From the human T2T-CHM13v2.0 reference genome, Homo sapiens, in NCBI RefSeq assembly GCF_009914755.1, contig NC_060932.1: a stretch of 64,000 bases of DNA; one strand, written 5' to 3'. This document shows positions 1 to 14,981 of this stretch, piece after piece. The position numbers were made by a program, and so were the translations under genes. The notes below the pieces were generated by a model. It saw only the letters and a list, made by a program, of their open reading frames with translations, did not search any database and was not told the DNA's origin. How positions within the stretch are numbered: position 1 is the first letter of the stretch; every line of letters starts with the position of its first letter.

Positions 1-147
1 CAGCATGCCTGGCTTCAATCTCAGAATTTTCTATTAAACAGAAGGAACAGAAAAACTTTCTGAAATTTGCATAAAGTTATTTTATATTGCATAAGTTAAC
101 ATGTTGATGGTATTCAGTGATAAATTTTATGTATATATATTATTTAA

Positions 148-1650
148 ATCATTCATTTATTCAACATATAGTTATTTACCATGTGCTATTCTCAACAGCT
201 AGTTATTTACCAAGGCCTTATTCTCAATCATGTACCCTCAATATGGTGATAATATGCCAAGGGAGAAAATATTAGTTATTGAGGGTGAAAAATGTTAGAT
301 ATTGAAATGGTTTGTGGCCCCCCAAACATAATCATATATACAGCCTATCTGTGGTATTAAAATTTCATAGGGTGGCGATTAGGAAAAAAGATGCCTGAAA
401 AAGTCCTAGGGGAACAATAATGAAAAAAATATTGAGAAATACTTTTTCAGATACTGGGAAAACAGCAATGAACAACACGGAAAAGAAAACCCCTGTCCCG
501 ATGGAGGTGATTTTCTCATGGGGAGGATGAGCTAACAATAAACAAGATAAATAAGTAAAATATATAATGTGCTATGGAAAGAAAAAAAGCAGCACAGGAC
601 AATGAGAACAGTCAATTAAAGGAAGGAGATAGGAAGTGGATGTGTGAGAGAAAGGGCATTGGCACTAGCTAAGGTGACCATGGAAATCTGAGTAAAGAAA
701 TTCATGGTCGAGGGAGCAAGGGAGGAGCTCTCCAGAGATGGAACAGGCTGTGCAAAGGCCCTGTGGAGAGAGCGAACCTGGCACACCGGAGGACCAGCAA
801 GCCTGTGTTCTGGGTGAGGAGGCCAGGAAGGGTATTAAAAGGCCATGCCAAAAAGTTCACATGGCCCAAGTCACAAGGGTTATGTAAAAACCTTTTGTAA
901 TGTTCATGAGAAAAGAAGAAGTCATGGGTGTGTTCTGAGGAGGACATGATGTAATCTGACTTACGTTTTTACCAGGATCACTCTCAGCACAATGCTGAGA
1001 ATGGGCTGAACAAGGCAAAGGGAACGCCAAGCAACTAGTTGGGAGGGGTACTAGGTGGCTCAGGCTGCCAAAAGAAAATAGCACAGGCTGGGTGTCTTAA
1101 ACAACAGACATTTATTTCTCATGGTTTTGGAGGCCGTGAAGCATAAGACCAAAGTACCAGCAAGGTAAGTGTCACTGGGAGGCCTCTTCTCTTAGCTTAA
1201 AGGCAGCCACCATCTCGCCATGTGTTCATATGGCCTTCCCTTGATGGGTGTGCCTGGGTTGGGGGAGGAATTAGGAGAGGAAGAGGAAGAGAGGGAGAAA
1301 GAGAGCGCTTTCTTGTGAGCCTTCTAATAAGGACACTAATCCATTGTACCAGGGCTCCACCCTCATGACCTCATCTAACCTCCCAAAGGCCCTGTCTCCA
1401 AATACCAGCACATTGCAGGTTAGGGCTTCACTTATGAATTTTGGGGAGACATAGACATTCAGTCCACAACAAGAAGCTACTGCAATAATCCAGGTGAGGG
1501 ATGATGGGAGTTTGGACAACGTGGTATGGTAGACAGAAATGGTTGGACCGTGAATGGGGTTTTAAAGGTAGAGCAGACAGAGCAGTGTTGCTTGATCTAA
1601 TGTGGAAGATGAGAGAAGAGAGGAGTCAAAGATGTCTAAGGGTTTTGCAT
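148..1650 (-). mobile_element. Fragmented L2 LINE (3' region), interrupted by a hAT-type DNA element (~215-443) and an MLT1A LTR
   Basis: Starts with an ATTCATTTATTCAACA L2 tail motif. Typical reverse-strand L2 text at 445-1040 and 1472-1650 (e.g. TGCAAAGGCCCTGTGG, ATCACTCTCAGCACAATG, AATAATCCAGGTGAGGGATGATGG). Confidence 0.65.
1047..1471 (-). mobile_element. MLT1A-type MaLR solo LTR
   Basis: CTTAAACAACAGACATTTATTTCTCATGGTTTTGGAGGC, TAAGGACACTAATCC and the terminal ACATTCAGTCCACAACA match recalled MLT1A/B consensus. Confidence 0.8.
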
Positions 1651-1819
1651 ACACAGGTTATCAGTATTATTTTTACTATGGTTTTCAATATTGATAAGTT
1701 GAACAGGATGCACCAAAGCACTTAAGATTCTTTGGAACACTAGAGTTTGAAAATGTTTGGTCTAAAGAGTCTTAATTTGTAAATAAATGTGAGAGGCATT
1801 TGAAATTAAATTTATTTTT

Positions 1820-1963
1820 GTTTGACACAATGGCTGGGAACACCTGGCATTTAAAGGACAGGGGCCAGGGATGTAAGCAATCTTACAATGCATGAGAGAG
1901 TTCTGCACAAAGAAAGAAATGTTCTGTCACTAATTCTAACAGCACTCCTATTGAGGAACACTG
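1820..1963. mobile_element. MER3/MER20-like hAT-Charlie fragment
   Basis: CTGGCATTTA..GGGGCCAGGGATG..CTTACAATGCATGAGA, ending in a TIR-like TTGAGGAACACTG. Confidence 0.55.
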
Positions 1964-2589
1964 GTGGAGTTGTTTTCATGTATTTGTTATCTTTTTAAAA
2001 TATTTTATTGCACTTTGATGCAACAGAAAACAGTATCTTTCGCTGCCAATTATTTCAGGTACAGTTTCCCCCAGCTAAGTTCTAAAGGCCTTGAGGGCAG
2101 AAGTCATCTTGTATATTTCTCTTGTATCCTTATACAGTGAAAGCAGAAAAATACCTTTATTTTGCTATGTCTCTTGTTTTCTCCATATGCAGTGGCATAC
2201 TCTCATTTTATCCATTTCTGACAGGAATGAAAGAAAAGATATACGCAAAGTGGATTCTAATCATAGGTGAGGACTAATTTTTGTTTTAAGGACTCAGCAT
2301 GCAGGAAATAATATACAAGTATTAGCTCTTATTAATGATAACAATGGGAGGCATATATAATTTCTTGATTAAAGCAAATGCCAGCCTTAGTTATCAGGTT
2401 TTCTTTTTGTCATCACTTTGCCCATTTTCTTAAACTCATATCTTTACAATAGAATTAAATTTTTTTTGGCTAAATCAATCAACAAAAAGTCTATTTTCTA
2501 AATCACAACATAATCCCAACTCTCTAATAGTTATTTCTTCGTGTTATTTCACAAATTTTGTCCACATGTAGTTAATTTTTAAAAATAAA

Positions 2590-3295
2590 ATCTTTATTTT
2601 TTAGAGCAGATTTCAGATCACAGAAAAATTGAGTGGAAGATATAGAGATTTCCCATATGTCCCCTGCCCTGAGACATGTATAGCCTCCCCCATGATCAAC
2701 ATTCCCCTCTAGAATGCTACATCCATTACAGTTAATGAACCTACATTGACACATCATTATCACCCGAAGTCCATAGTTTACATTAGGGTTCACCCTTGGT
2801 GTTGTACATTTTATGGGTTTGGATAAATGTATAATGACCTATATCCAACATTATGGTACAGTCATTTGTTGCATAACAACATCTCAGTCAATCACAGACT
2901 GCATATACAAGGATGGTCTCATAAGATTATAATACTGTAACTTTACCGTATCTTTTCAATGTTTAGATATGTTCAGATACACATATACTTACCATTGTGA
3001 TATAATTGCCTATAATATTCAATGTAGTAACATGCTGCCTAGGTTTGTAGACTAGGAGCAATAGGCTGTATGTGTAGGCTACAGCATCCAGATTGGTAGA
3101 AGTATATTCTGTGATGTTCGCACAGCAATGAAATTGCCTAATGGCGCATTGCTCAGAATGTTTCCCTGTTGTTAAGTGATGCATGGCTACGTCATACAGA
3201 GTAGTTTCTCTGCTCTTAAGATTCTCTGTGCTTCACTCCCTTCTGACCTCTGGAAACAACTGATATTTTTGTCTCCATTATTTTGCCTTTATAGT
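2590..3295 (-). mobile_element. L1MC-type 3' UTR fragment, interrupted by Tigger3a
   Basis: GAACCTACATTGACACATCATTATCACCCGAAGTCCATAGTTTACATTAGGGTTCAC is a hallmark of L1MC 3' ends. The sequence resumes after 3190. Confidence 0.75.
2859..3188 (-). mobile_element. Tigger3a (MER7A) non-autonomous TcMar-Tigger DNA transposon
   Basis: Termini CAGTCATTTGTTGCATAAC and GTTAAGTGATGCATGGCT, preceded by TA. Internal CTAGGAGCAATAGGCT and GATGTTCGCACA match recalled consensus. Confidence 0.8.
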
Positions 3296-3850
3296 TGGTT
3301 TTTAAATTAGAAATAATAAATACTGAATATGTAGTTATTATGACTTTTTTATTCACTTAGAATCATTTTGTAAATACTTTTCAATGTTTCTACCTAATGA
3401 TCAGAGTTATAATTTTAATAGCTGCATATAGTCTAGCATATTTACTGTAGCTTTTTCCTTTATTGTTGGACAATTTGTCTTTGGTCTTTCATGAGTTACA
3501 TATAATATTTCTATCTAGTCTTTTTGCCATTGATTTTTCTCATGCTCTATTACATATCACCCCCCACCCCCAACTTCACTCACCAATTATTGTCTACTTG
3601 CTTGGCTTCTGACTATTGTGGTTTATAGATGCATGCTGACATCAATTTGCCTACCTGCCTTAGCTTCGATCATTGATAGTGCTTGATCTTTCCAGCTTTT
3701 CTTCAGTATTCACATTCTTGGCTCACAATAGCTGGTACTTCTGATACTATGCTGCTCAAAAAGTACTTGGTCTAGTGTGAGGCCCATGTGGGTAATCAGT
3801 TGGATGATTCATGGTAAGAGAAAAGACATATCCTAGAATAATTGAAATTT

Positions 3851-4157
3851 TCTTTCTTTCTTTCTTTCTTTTTTTTTTGACAGAGTTTCATTCTTGTTGC
3901 CCAGGCTGGAGTGCAATGGTGTGATCTTGGCTCACCGCAACCTTGACCTCCTAGGTTCAAGTGATTCTCCTGTCTCAGTCTCCTGAGTAGCTAGTATTAC
4001 AGGCATGCACCACTATGCCCGGCTAATTTTGTATTTTTAGTTGAGATGGGGTTTCTCCATGTTGGTCAGGCTGGTCTCGAACTCCCGACCTCAGGTGATC
4101 CACCTGCTTCAGCCTCCCAAAGTGCTGGGATTACAGGTGTGAGCAGCCGTGCCCTGC
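3851..4157 (-). mobile_element. AluS (AluSp-like) SINE
   Basis: Poly-T/TTTC tail followed by a full dimer, with diagnostic GAGTTTCATTCTTGTTGCCC, GTGCAATGG and TTTCTCCATGTTGGTCAGG. Confidence 0.93.
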
Positions 4158-4479
4158 TGAAACTTATTTGTTTGAGCAATAAAAGCCACATATTTCCTCT
4201 TTTGATAAAGTGTAAAATTATAGTACTCTTCCAAGATACTCATGGATTGATAACAAAAAACTAACAACTGGATATTGTTTTAAATATTGAAGAAAAGCAA
4301 ACAAATCAACATCAGCCATAACATTGCTTCATATGCCAAAACCAGGATGAAATAATGCTTTTATAGAAGATGTGACCTGGGATCAAATAGCATCATTTAC
4401 CAAATGCAAAGGATTGGTGTAGCTCTTGACTTCAAGGCATATTAAATCTAGCAAAGCTAAGATTCAATATAGATGTAGG

Positions 4480-4946
4480 TCCAATTTCATGACAAAAAAT
4501 CAAAGAAACCAACCAAAATCAGAGAACTTAGTAAGTTTGTGGGTATGCAATCTACAGAAGTGAATTATATATATATGATAAAAGAGAAGAAAAGACTCTA
4601 TTTACAATTCAACAAAAAAGATAAAACGCTTAGGAATAAGTATGAGAGATGGGCATGATTTATATAAAGAACATTTTAAGATGCTACCAAAAAACACAAA
4701 ATAAAATGAATAAATGGGAAAGCATATAATTTCTTAGATAGGAAAAGTCAACATCACAAAAATTTAATTCAATAAAAATAGCAACAGCATTTTTATTTTG
4801 TAATCAGAGACAAGCTAATACTAAAGTTCAAATGAAAAAATAAAAAACAAAAATAGTCAAGAAAAATCTGGAAAAGTGATCATAAAGAGAACTAGTTCTT
4901 TCACACATTTAAACACATTTTAAATCTTCAATAATAAAAATAATGT
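4480..4946 (+). mobile_element. Ancient L1M ORF2 fragment (host of the L1PA7 insertion; resumes at ~10970-11078)
   Basis: A-rich degenerate L1 ORF2 text (TTAGGAATAA.., AATAAATGGGAAAGCATA.., GATAGGAAAAGTCAACATC) that continues collinearly after the L1PA7 TSD. Confidence 0.6.
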
Positions 4947-6298
4947 GTGAGATCTGGCAAGCTGGCCAAATAGGAACAGCTCTGGTCTGCAGCTCCCAGT
5001 GAGAACAACACAGAAGGTGAGTGATTTCTGCATTTACAACTGGGGTACCTGGCTCATCTCATTGGGACTGGTAATACAGTGGGTGCAGCCCATGGAGGGC
5101 AAGCCAAAGCGGGTCAGGCGGTGGGGGGTGGGGGTGGTCACCTCACCCAGGAAGCACAAGAGGTTGGGGAACTCCCTTCCCAGCCAAGGGAAGCAGTGAG
5201 GGAATGTGCCTTGAGGGACGGTGCAATCCGGCTCAAATACTATGCTTTTCCCACAGTCTTCGCAACCCGCAGACCAGGAGATTCCCCTGGCTGCCTACAC
5301 CACCAGGGTCCTGAGTTTCAAGCACAAAACTGGGTGGTTGTTAGGGCAGACACTGAGCTAGCTGCAGGAGGCTGGAAAGCCAAGCAGAGCCAGAATGGAC
5401 AGAACCATTCACTCCCCTGGAAAGGGGGGCTGAAGCCAGGGAGCCAAGTGGTCTTGCTCAGCAGATCCTACACCCACGGAGCCCAGCAAGCTAAGATCCA
5501 CTGACGTGAAATTCTCGCTGCCAGCACAGCAGTCTGAAATCCACCTGGGATGCTCCAGCTTGCTGGGGGGTAGGGGCATCCGGCATTACTGGGACTTGAA
5601 TAGGCGGTTTTCCCCTCACGGTGTTAAAAAAAATGCCAGAGGGAAGTTCAAATGGGACGAATCCCATCGCAGTGCAGCAAAGCTGCTGTAGCCAGACCAC
5701 ATCTCTAGATTCCTCCTTTCTGGGAAGGGCATCCCTGAAAGAAAGGCAGCAGCCCCAGTCAGGGGCTTATAGATAAAAACTCCCATTTCCCTGGGAGAGG
5801 GCACCTGGGGGAAGGAGTGGCTGTGGGCACAGCTTCAGCAGACTTAAACGTTCCTACCTGCAGGCTCTGAAGAGAGCAGCCGATCTCCCAGCACAGTGCT
5901 TGAGCTCTGCTAAGGTACAGACTGCCTCCTCAACTGGGTCCCTGAACCCCGTGCCTCTTGACTGGGAGATACCTCCCAGCAGGGGTCGACAGACACCTCA
6001 TACAGGAGAGCTCCGGCTAGCATCTGGCAGGTGTCCCTCTGGGACAAAGCTTCCAGAGGAAGGAACAGGCAGCAATCTTTGCTGTTCTACAGCTTCTGCT
6101 GGTGATACCCAGGCAAACAGGGTTTGGAGTGGACCCCCAGCAAACTCCAGCAGACTTGCAGAAGAGGGTCCTGACTGTTAGATGGAAAACTAACAAACAG
6201 AAAGCAATAACATCAACATCAACAAAAAGGATGCCCATGAAAAAACCCTATCCAAAGGTCATCAACATCAAAGATCAAAGGTAGATAAATCCACGAAG

Positions 6299-7329
6299 AT
6301 GAGGAAAAACCAACGCAAAAAGGCTGAAAATTCCATAAACCAGAATGCTTCTTCTCCTCCAAAGGATCACAACTCCTTGCCAGCAAGGGAACAAAACTGG
6401 ATGGAGAATGAGTTTGATGAATTGACAGAAGTAGGCTTCAGAAGATGGGTAATTACAAACTCCTCTGAGCTAAAGGAGCGTGTTCTAATCCAATGCAAGG
6501 AAGCTAAGAAACTTTATCAAAGGTTACAGGAACTGCTAAGTAGAATAGCCAGTTTAGAGAAGAATGTAAATGACCTGATGGAGCTGAAAAACACAGCATG
6601 AGAACTTCATGAAGCATACACAAGTATCAGTAGCTGAATTGATCAAACAGAAGAAAGGATATCAGAGACTGAAGATCAACTTAATGAAATAAAGCATGAA
6701 GACAAGATTAGAGAAAAAAGAAAGAAACGGAACGAACAAAGCCTCCAGAAATATGGGACAATGTGAAAAGACCAAACCTACATTTGATTGGTGTACCTGA
6801 AAGTGATGGAGAGAATAGAGCCAGGTTGGAAAACATACTTCAGGATATTATGCAGGAGAACTTCCCCAGCCTAGCAAGACAGGCCAACATTCAAATTCAG
6901 GAAACACAGAGAACACCACAAAGATACTCCTCGAGAAGAGAAACCCCAAGACACATAATCATCAGATTCACCAAGGTTGAAATGAAGGAAAAAATATTAA
7001 CAACAGCCAGAGAGAAAGGTAAGGTAAACCACAAATGGAAGCCCATCAGACTAACAGCAGATCTCTCTGCAGAAACCCTACAAGCCAGAAGAGAGTGGGG
7101 GCTAGGCCAAAATATAACATTCTTAAAGTAAATAATTTTCAGCCCAGAACTTCATAGCCAGCCAAACTAAGCTTCATAAGCGAAGGAGAAATAAAATCCT
7201 TTACAGACAAGCAAATGCTGAGGGATTTTTGTCACCACCAGGCCTGCCTTACAAGAGCTCTTGAAGGAAGCACCAAATATGGAAAGGAAAAACCGGTACC
7301 AGCCACTGCAAAAACATACCAAAATGTAA
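6299..7329 (+). pseudogene. L1 ORF1p remnant (stops and frameshifts)
   Basis: ORF-track pieces MRKNQRKKAENS... (6299-6601) and KRPNLHLIGVPESDGE...PIRLTADLSAETLQARREW (6763-7131). Confidence 0.92.
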
Positions 7330-7395
7330 AGACCATTGACACTATGAAGAAACTGCATAAACTAATGTGCAAAATAACCGTAACCAGCTAGCATT

Positions 7396-10730
<3,335 letters not shown>

Positions 10731-11078
10731 ACAATGAGAACACATGGACACAGGGAGGGGAACATCACACACTGGGGCCTGTCAGGGAGTGGGGGGCAAG
10801 GGGAGGGATAGCATTAGGAGAAATATCTAATGTAGATGATAGGTTGATGGGTGCAGTCAACCACCATGGCACATGTATACCTATGTAACAAACCTGCATG
10901 TTCTGCACTTGTATCCCAGAACTTAAAGTATAATAAATAAAAAATAAAGATAATAAATAAAAATAATGTAGCACCTGAATAAAAAGACATCAATGGAATT
11001 AAATAGGAAATTCAGAAGTAGGTCTAACATAAAAAAGGGAATTTAGCACATAGGAAAGATGTCACCTCAAATCAGTAG

Positions 11079-11856
11079 GTGAGTCCGCTGAGTGGGGGTT
11101 GGGGGGTGTTATGGGCTCGTAAGAGAGAAAGTGCATGCTGATTGGTTCATGGGTGGCCATGGGTGGCCATGGGCGGGCCCAGAAAAAGCACCATGTGTTT
11201 TCACTCTGGGCTGTGGATTCCACCATGAACTGACAGCCAGGCCCCCAGGCTTCAGGGCATCCTGGCTTGAAGGTGGGGCTTCACCAGGGACCCGCCCCTT
11301 TCCACCTAGGGGCTTGTCTGCCTCCTGCCGCCATCAATCATGCCTTCCATGGCACCGAGGCTGTTTGTGCCAAGGGGTGCCTGCCGGCCTGCGACAAGTC
11401 TCCCTCAGCGCCCCTTGGCCTCCCTTCCGGGTTCCTAGGTGCCCAAAGTCCAGAGGGGGCCAAGGCAGCAGGGGGCTGGCATGTTGCACCACCCCACGCA
11501 TGCACACACTGAGCTGGGTCACAACAGCACCCGGCCTAGCCTCAGCTTTGCTGTGAAATCAGAGTGGGTGCTGGGAGCAGAGAGAGACCAGGGACGGGAG
11601 CAGGCATGAGCCTTTGGGGGTGGGGGGCTTTCTTGGGCCCCCGAGAGCACAGGGATGCCTGGGTTCGGGGCCGCAGCTGGGTGGCTGCAGCTGTGCCTGG
11701 GAGCACAGGGCTCCCGCCCTGCCAACTCAGAAGGAGGCAGAGCTCCCGCCTGTTCCCAGCTGCCGCTGGCTCCATGGAGCCCACAGTTCTGGTCGCACCT
11801 CCCCTGCTGCAGCTGGCGTCTACACAGCAGCCACTCCAGACGGGCCGCTGCCATCA
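11079..11856 (-). mobile_element. MER52 (ERV1) LTR, 5' part only, GC-rich
   Basis: The minus strand begins TGATGGCAGCGGCCCGTCTGGAG. It also carries GTGCATGCTGATTGG..CATGGG..GGCCC.GAAAAAGCACC and CTTGAAGGTGGGGCTTCACCAGGGACCC, typical of MER52. Confidence 0.85.
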
Positions 11857-12176
11857 ATACCATCTCATACCAGTCATAATGGCTATTATTTAAAAGTCAG
11901 CCAGGCTCAAAACTGTAACCCCAGCACTTTGGGAGGCCAAGGCAGGACGATCACTTGAGCCCAGAAATTTGAGACCAGCATGAGCAACATGATGAAACCC
12001 CCATCTCTACAAAAAAATACAAAAAAAATTAGCTGGGTGTGGTGGCATGGGCTTGCAGTTCCAGCTACTTGGGAGGCTGTGGTGGGAGAATCACCTCAGC
12101 CCAGGAAGTCAAGCTGCAGTGAGCTGTGATTGTGCTACTGTACTCCAGCCTGGGCGTTGGAATGAGACCCTGCCTC

Positions 12177-12209
<33 letters not shown>

Positions 12210-12868
12210 AAAAAAATATAAATGTTGGCAAGGCTGCAGAGAAAAGGGAATGCTTATACACTGTTGGTGGGAATGTAAATTAGTTCAGCCACTGTGGAAA
12301 GCAGTTTGGAGATTTCTCAAATAACTTAAAATAGAAATACCATTCAACCCAGCATTCACATTACTGGGTATACACCCAAAGGAAAATAAGTCAATCTACC
12401 AAAAAGATATGCACTCATATGTTCATCCAGCATTATTCACAATAGCAAAGACATGGAACCAACCTGGATGTCCATCAATGGTGGATCAGATAAAGAAAAT
12501 GTGGTACATATATGCCATGGAATACTAAAAAGCAGTAAAAAAGAATGAAATCATGTTCTTTGCAGTAACGTGGATACAGCTTGAGGTCATTATCCTAAGT
12601 GAATTAACACAGGAACAGAAAACCAAATATATGTACTCACTGATAAGTGGGAGCTAAGCATTTGGTACACATGGACACAAAGATGGGATCAATAGACACC
12701 GGGGACTATTAGAGAGGGGAGAATTGGAAGGGGGCAAGTGCTGAAAAATTACCTATTGGATACCGTGCTCAGTACCTGGGTGATGGGATCAATCACACCC
12801 CAGACCTCAGCATCATGCAATATACCGATGTAACAAACCTGTACATGTACCTCCTGAACCTAAATGAA
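11857..12868 (+). mobile_element. L1PA15-17-type (L1PA16-like) 3' end, interrupted by an AluJ
   Basis: GTAAATTAGTTCAGCCACTGTGGAAAGCAG, CCTCAGCATCATGCAATATACC and GTACATGTACCTCCTGAACCTAAA. Confidence 0.85.
11900..12204 (+). mobile_element. AluJ SINE
   Basis: GATCACTTGAGCCCAG, GTCAAGCTGCAGTGAGC and GAGACCCTGCCTC plus poly-A, with a short deletion near the 5' end. Confidence 0.9.
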
Positions 12869-12972
12869 AATATCTATATATCTATGTATATAGTTAGATG
12901 ATAGATAGATATAGATAAAAGTTGAAATATATATATGTATGCATGTATGTATGTTATGTATGTATGTATATA
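12869..12972. repeat. Low-complexity (TAGA)n/(TATG)n simple repeats
   Basis: Directly visible, derived from the L1 tail region. Confidence 0.8.
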
Positions 12973-13849
12973 TTGATGGCATTAATGAGGAGATTCACCA
13001 TTGCTTACAGAAAAACTTAAGATTTCCGTTTGGAACACAGTGGCATTAAATGAGCATTTCTCTTCTCTTCTTGAAAATTATTCAAAAAGCAAACAAGCAG
13101 TATAAGGGGAAAGAAAACAGAAAACACCTCAAACTCTATTTCTGGTGCCATTTTTAGTGAAACTAGGAGACAGCTAAAACTCCAGACTCTACAAAAGTGG
13201 GAAAACCACCAAAAGCATAGAGATTAGAGGAAGAGGCATGTAATTAATACTGTGCAGAAAGAACTCAATGGCGGCAGATCTCAGACAGCAAAATAAATTA
13301 CTCAAAGCTGGGGGAATATCTGAGATGCCAAACCTAAACTCAGCCATAATGAAAATGGGGCAACCAAATAATAACATGAGGTTGCTAGACCTGCAATAAA
13401 GGTTTTTTGTGCAAGTACTTTACTGGAAAGCATGACCTAGAGAATGAGGATGAAGGATCTATTCCCTTTTTGAAAAAGGAAAACAGAAGAGGGAGAGTCA
13501 ATACAAAAGAAGAGAAGGTGGAGTTAAATGGGGAATCACACAGACTAGCTATCTTTGCAGGAAGTGGTCAATTTTTTTGGCAGTGGAAGAAAAGAAAGGC
13601 CTTTTATTGTTAAAACAACAACCACAACAAAACACAAAAAATCAGTGACTGTCTATTTCCACAACCTGGGGAGAAATAAGAATTCATTGTACTGAATCAC
13701 AAGAAAAATTGAAACTAGGCTGATACAGAATTTGTGGCCATATTCTAACTATTACAGACACTCTATCTTATTCTCTGTTCAAATATTTGCCACTCTCCTT
13801 GGATCTCCTAGCTTTTCATATATTCCTACATTTAGAAGATAAACGGTCT

Positions 13850-14610
13850 CTAACTTTACAGAGAAAATGGATGAGCTTAGGCAAAAATTACTTCCCTCTC
13901 CTGCTCCTACCTGGCAACTAGTTTACTGTAGATTGAGGCTTCCCATTCCCAAATATTAGCCCATCCCCACCAAATCAGCTATTCTGGTACTTGTCCTTCT
14001 ATTTTTTATTCCAAGGTCAGTAAAGGTGCAACTCTTCTTCCTGAAAAATGCTGGTCCCTTTACCCTCATGCCTAATTTCTTCCCCTACTGTTTCTTCAGG
14101 AAACTTACATCATCTCTTTTAAGTTTCATGCCACTTTGTAAACATGCTGATATGTTTTTCATCTTTTGAAAAATACCCCTCTAACTTCTACCCTCTCTTT
14201 TGCTTTTAGTCATATAAAAATATTTTCAAAAAGATATTATGACTTACTGTTTCATTTTCTTTACCTTCTAAACCCATCTCAATTCATGTTATCTGGGATT
14301 TACACCAGTTCTCAAAAGAACACTACCTAGTTTTGACCAAGGTCATCCATGACTTCCTAGTTGTTGAATAGATTTGCTTGATTCATCACTGGAAGCTCCT
14401 TTACAATGTCCTTCACTAATTTCTTTTTTCTATTAATGTCTTAGGTGTTGATTTAAATTATCACCTTTGCCTATGACTAAAACAATATGCCCTTATATGG
14501 GATAATCTCAGGCAGTGCATGACATTGTGATGGTCATATTATCTCGCATTTGCTCCAGACTCATTTCTAACTCCAAATGGGCATCTCCTCCAGGACATTC
14601 TATCAGCAAT
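13850..14610 (+). mobile_element. L2 fragment (continues at ~17460-17760 and ~18270-18340)
   Basis: Pyrimidine-rich L2 ORF2 text, e.g. CTTTACAGAGAAAAT and CCAAGGTCATCCATGACTTCCTAGTTG. Confidence 0.55.
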
Positions 14611-14614
14611 ACAT

Positions 14615-14981
14615 GATTTCTCTATTGCTGTACAATAAGCAATTTCAAAATGCAGTGTCTTCAACAATTATTTCCTTGATCATGATTCTGCAATTTGGTT
14701 GGGTGGTTCTTTTGCGTGTCTTGCCTGGGGTCACTCAGGTGGCTATAGGAAGTTAGTGGGTTTCATATCTCAGTCCTCAGCTCAGAAGGCTGGAATGGCT
14801 GAGCCTCTTTTTGTCTATGTGGTCTCTTGTCCAGGCTAACTTGGAATTCTTCATTTGGTGATCACAATGTTCAAAGAGGATGAGAGTGAAAACTGCAAAA
14901 CCACTTGTGGCTGAGACTTGCCAGTCACATATCACTTCTACCATGAGACCTGCTATATTTCATGGAGTGGGGAAGCAGATA
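14615..14981 (-). mobile_element. Old MLT1 (G/H/J-like) LTR; host of the MSTB provirus, resumes at 17378-17450
   Basis: TATTGCTGTACAATA.., CATGATTCTGCAATTTGG, GAGAGTGAAAACTGCAA and TCACTTCTACCA. Its terminal piece ends GGCCACA at ~17450. Confidence 0.6.

Noticed and set aside
5491-5700. ORF0 homologue in the L1PA7 5' UTR (MPDAPTP...)
   Set aside because: It frameshifts out of the ORF0 frame after about seven codons.
11092-11958. Dense overlapping 60-154 aa ORFs on both strands
   Set aside because: They lie inside the GC-rich MER52 LTR, where stops are rare, and resemble no protein I recognise.
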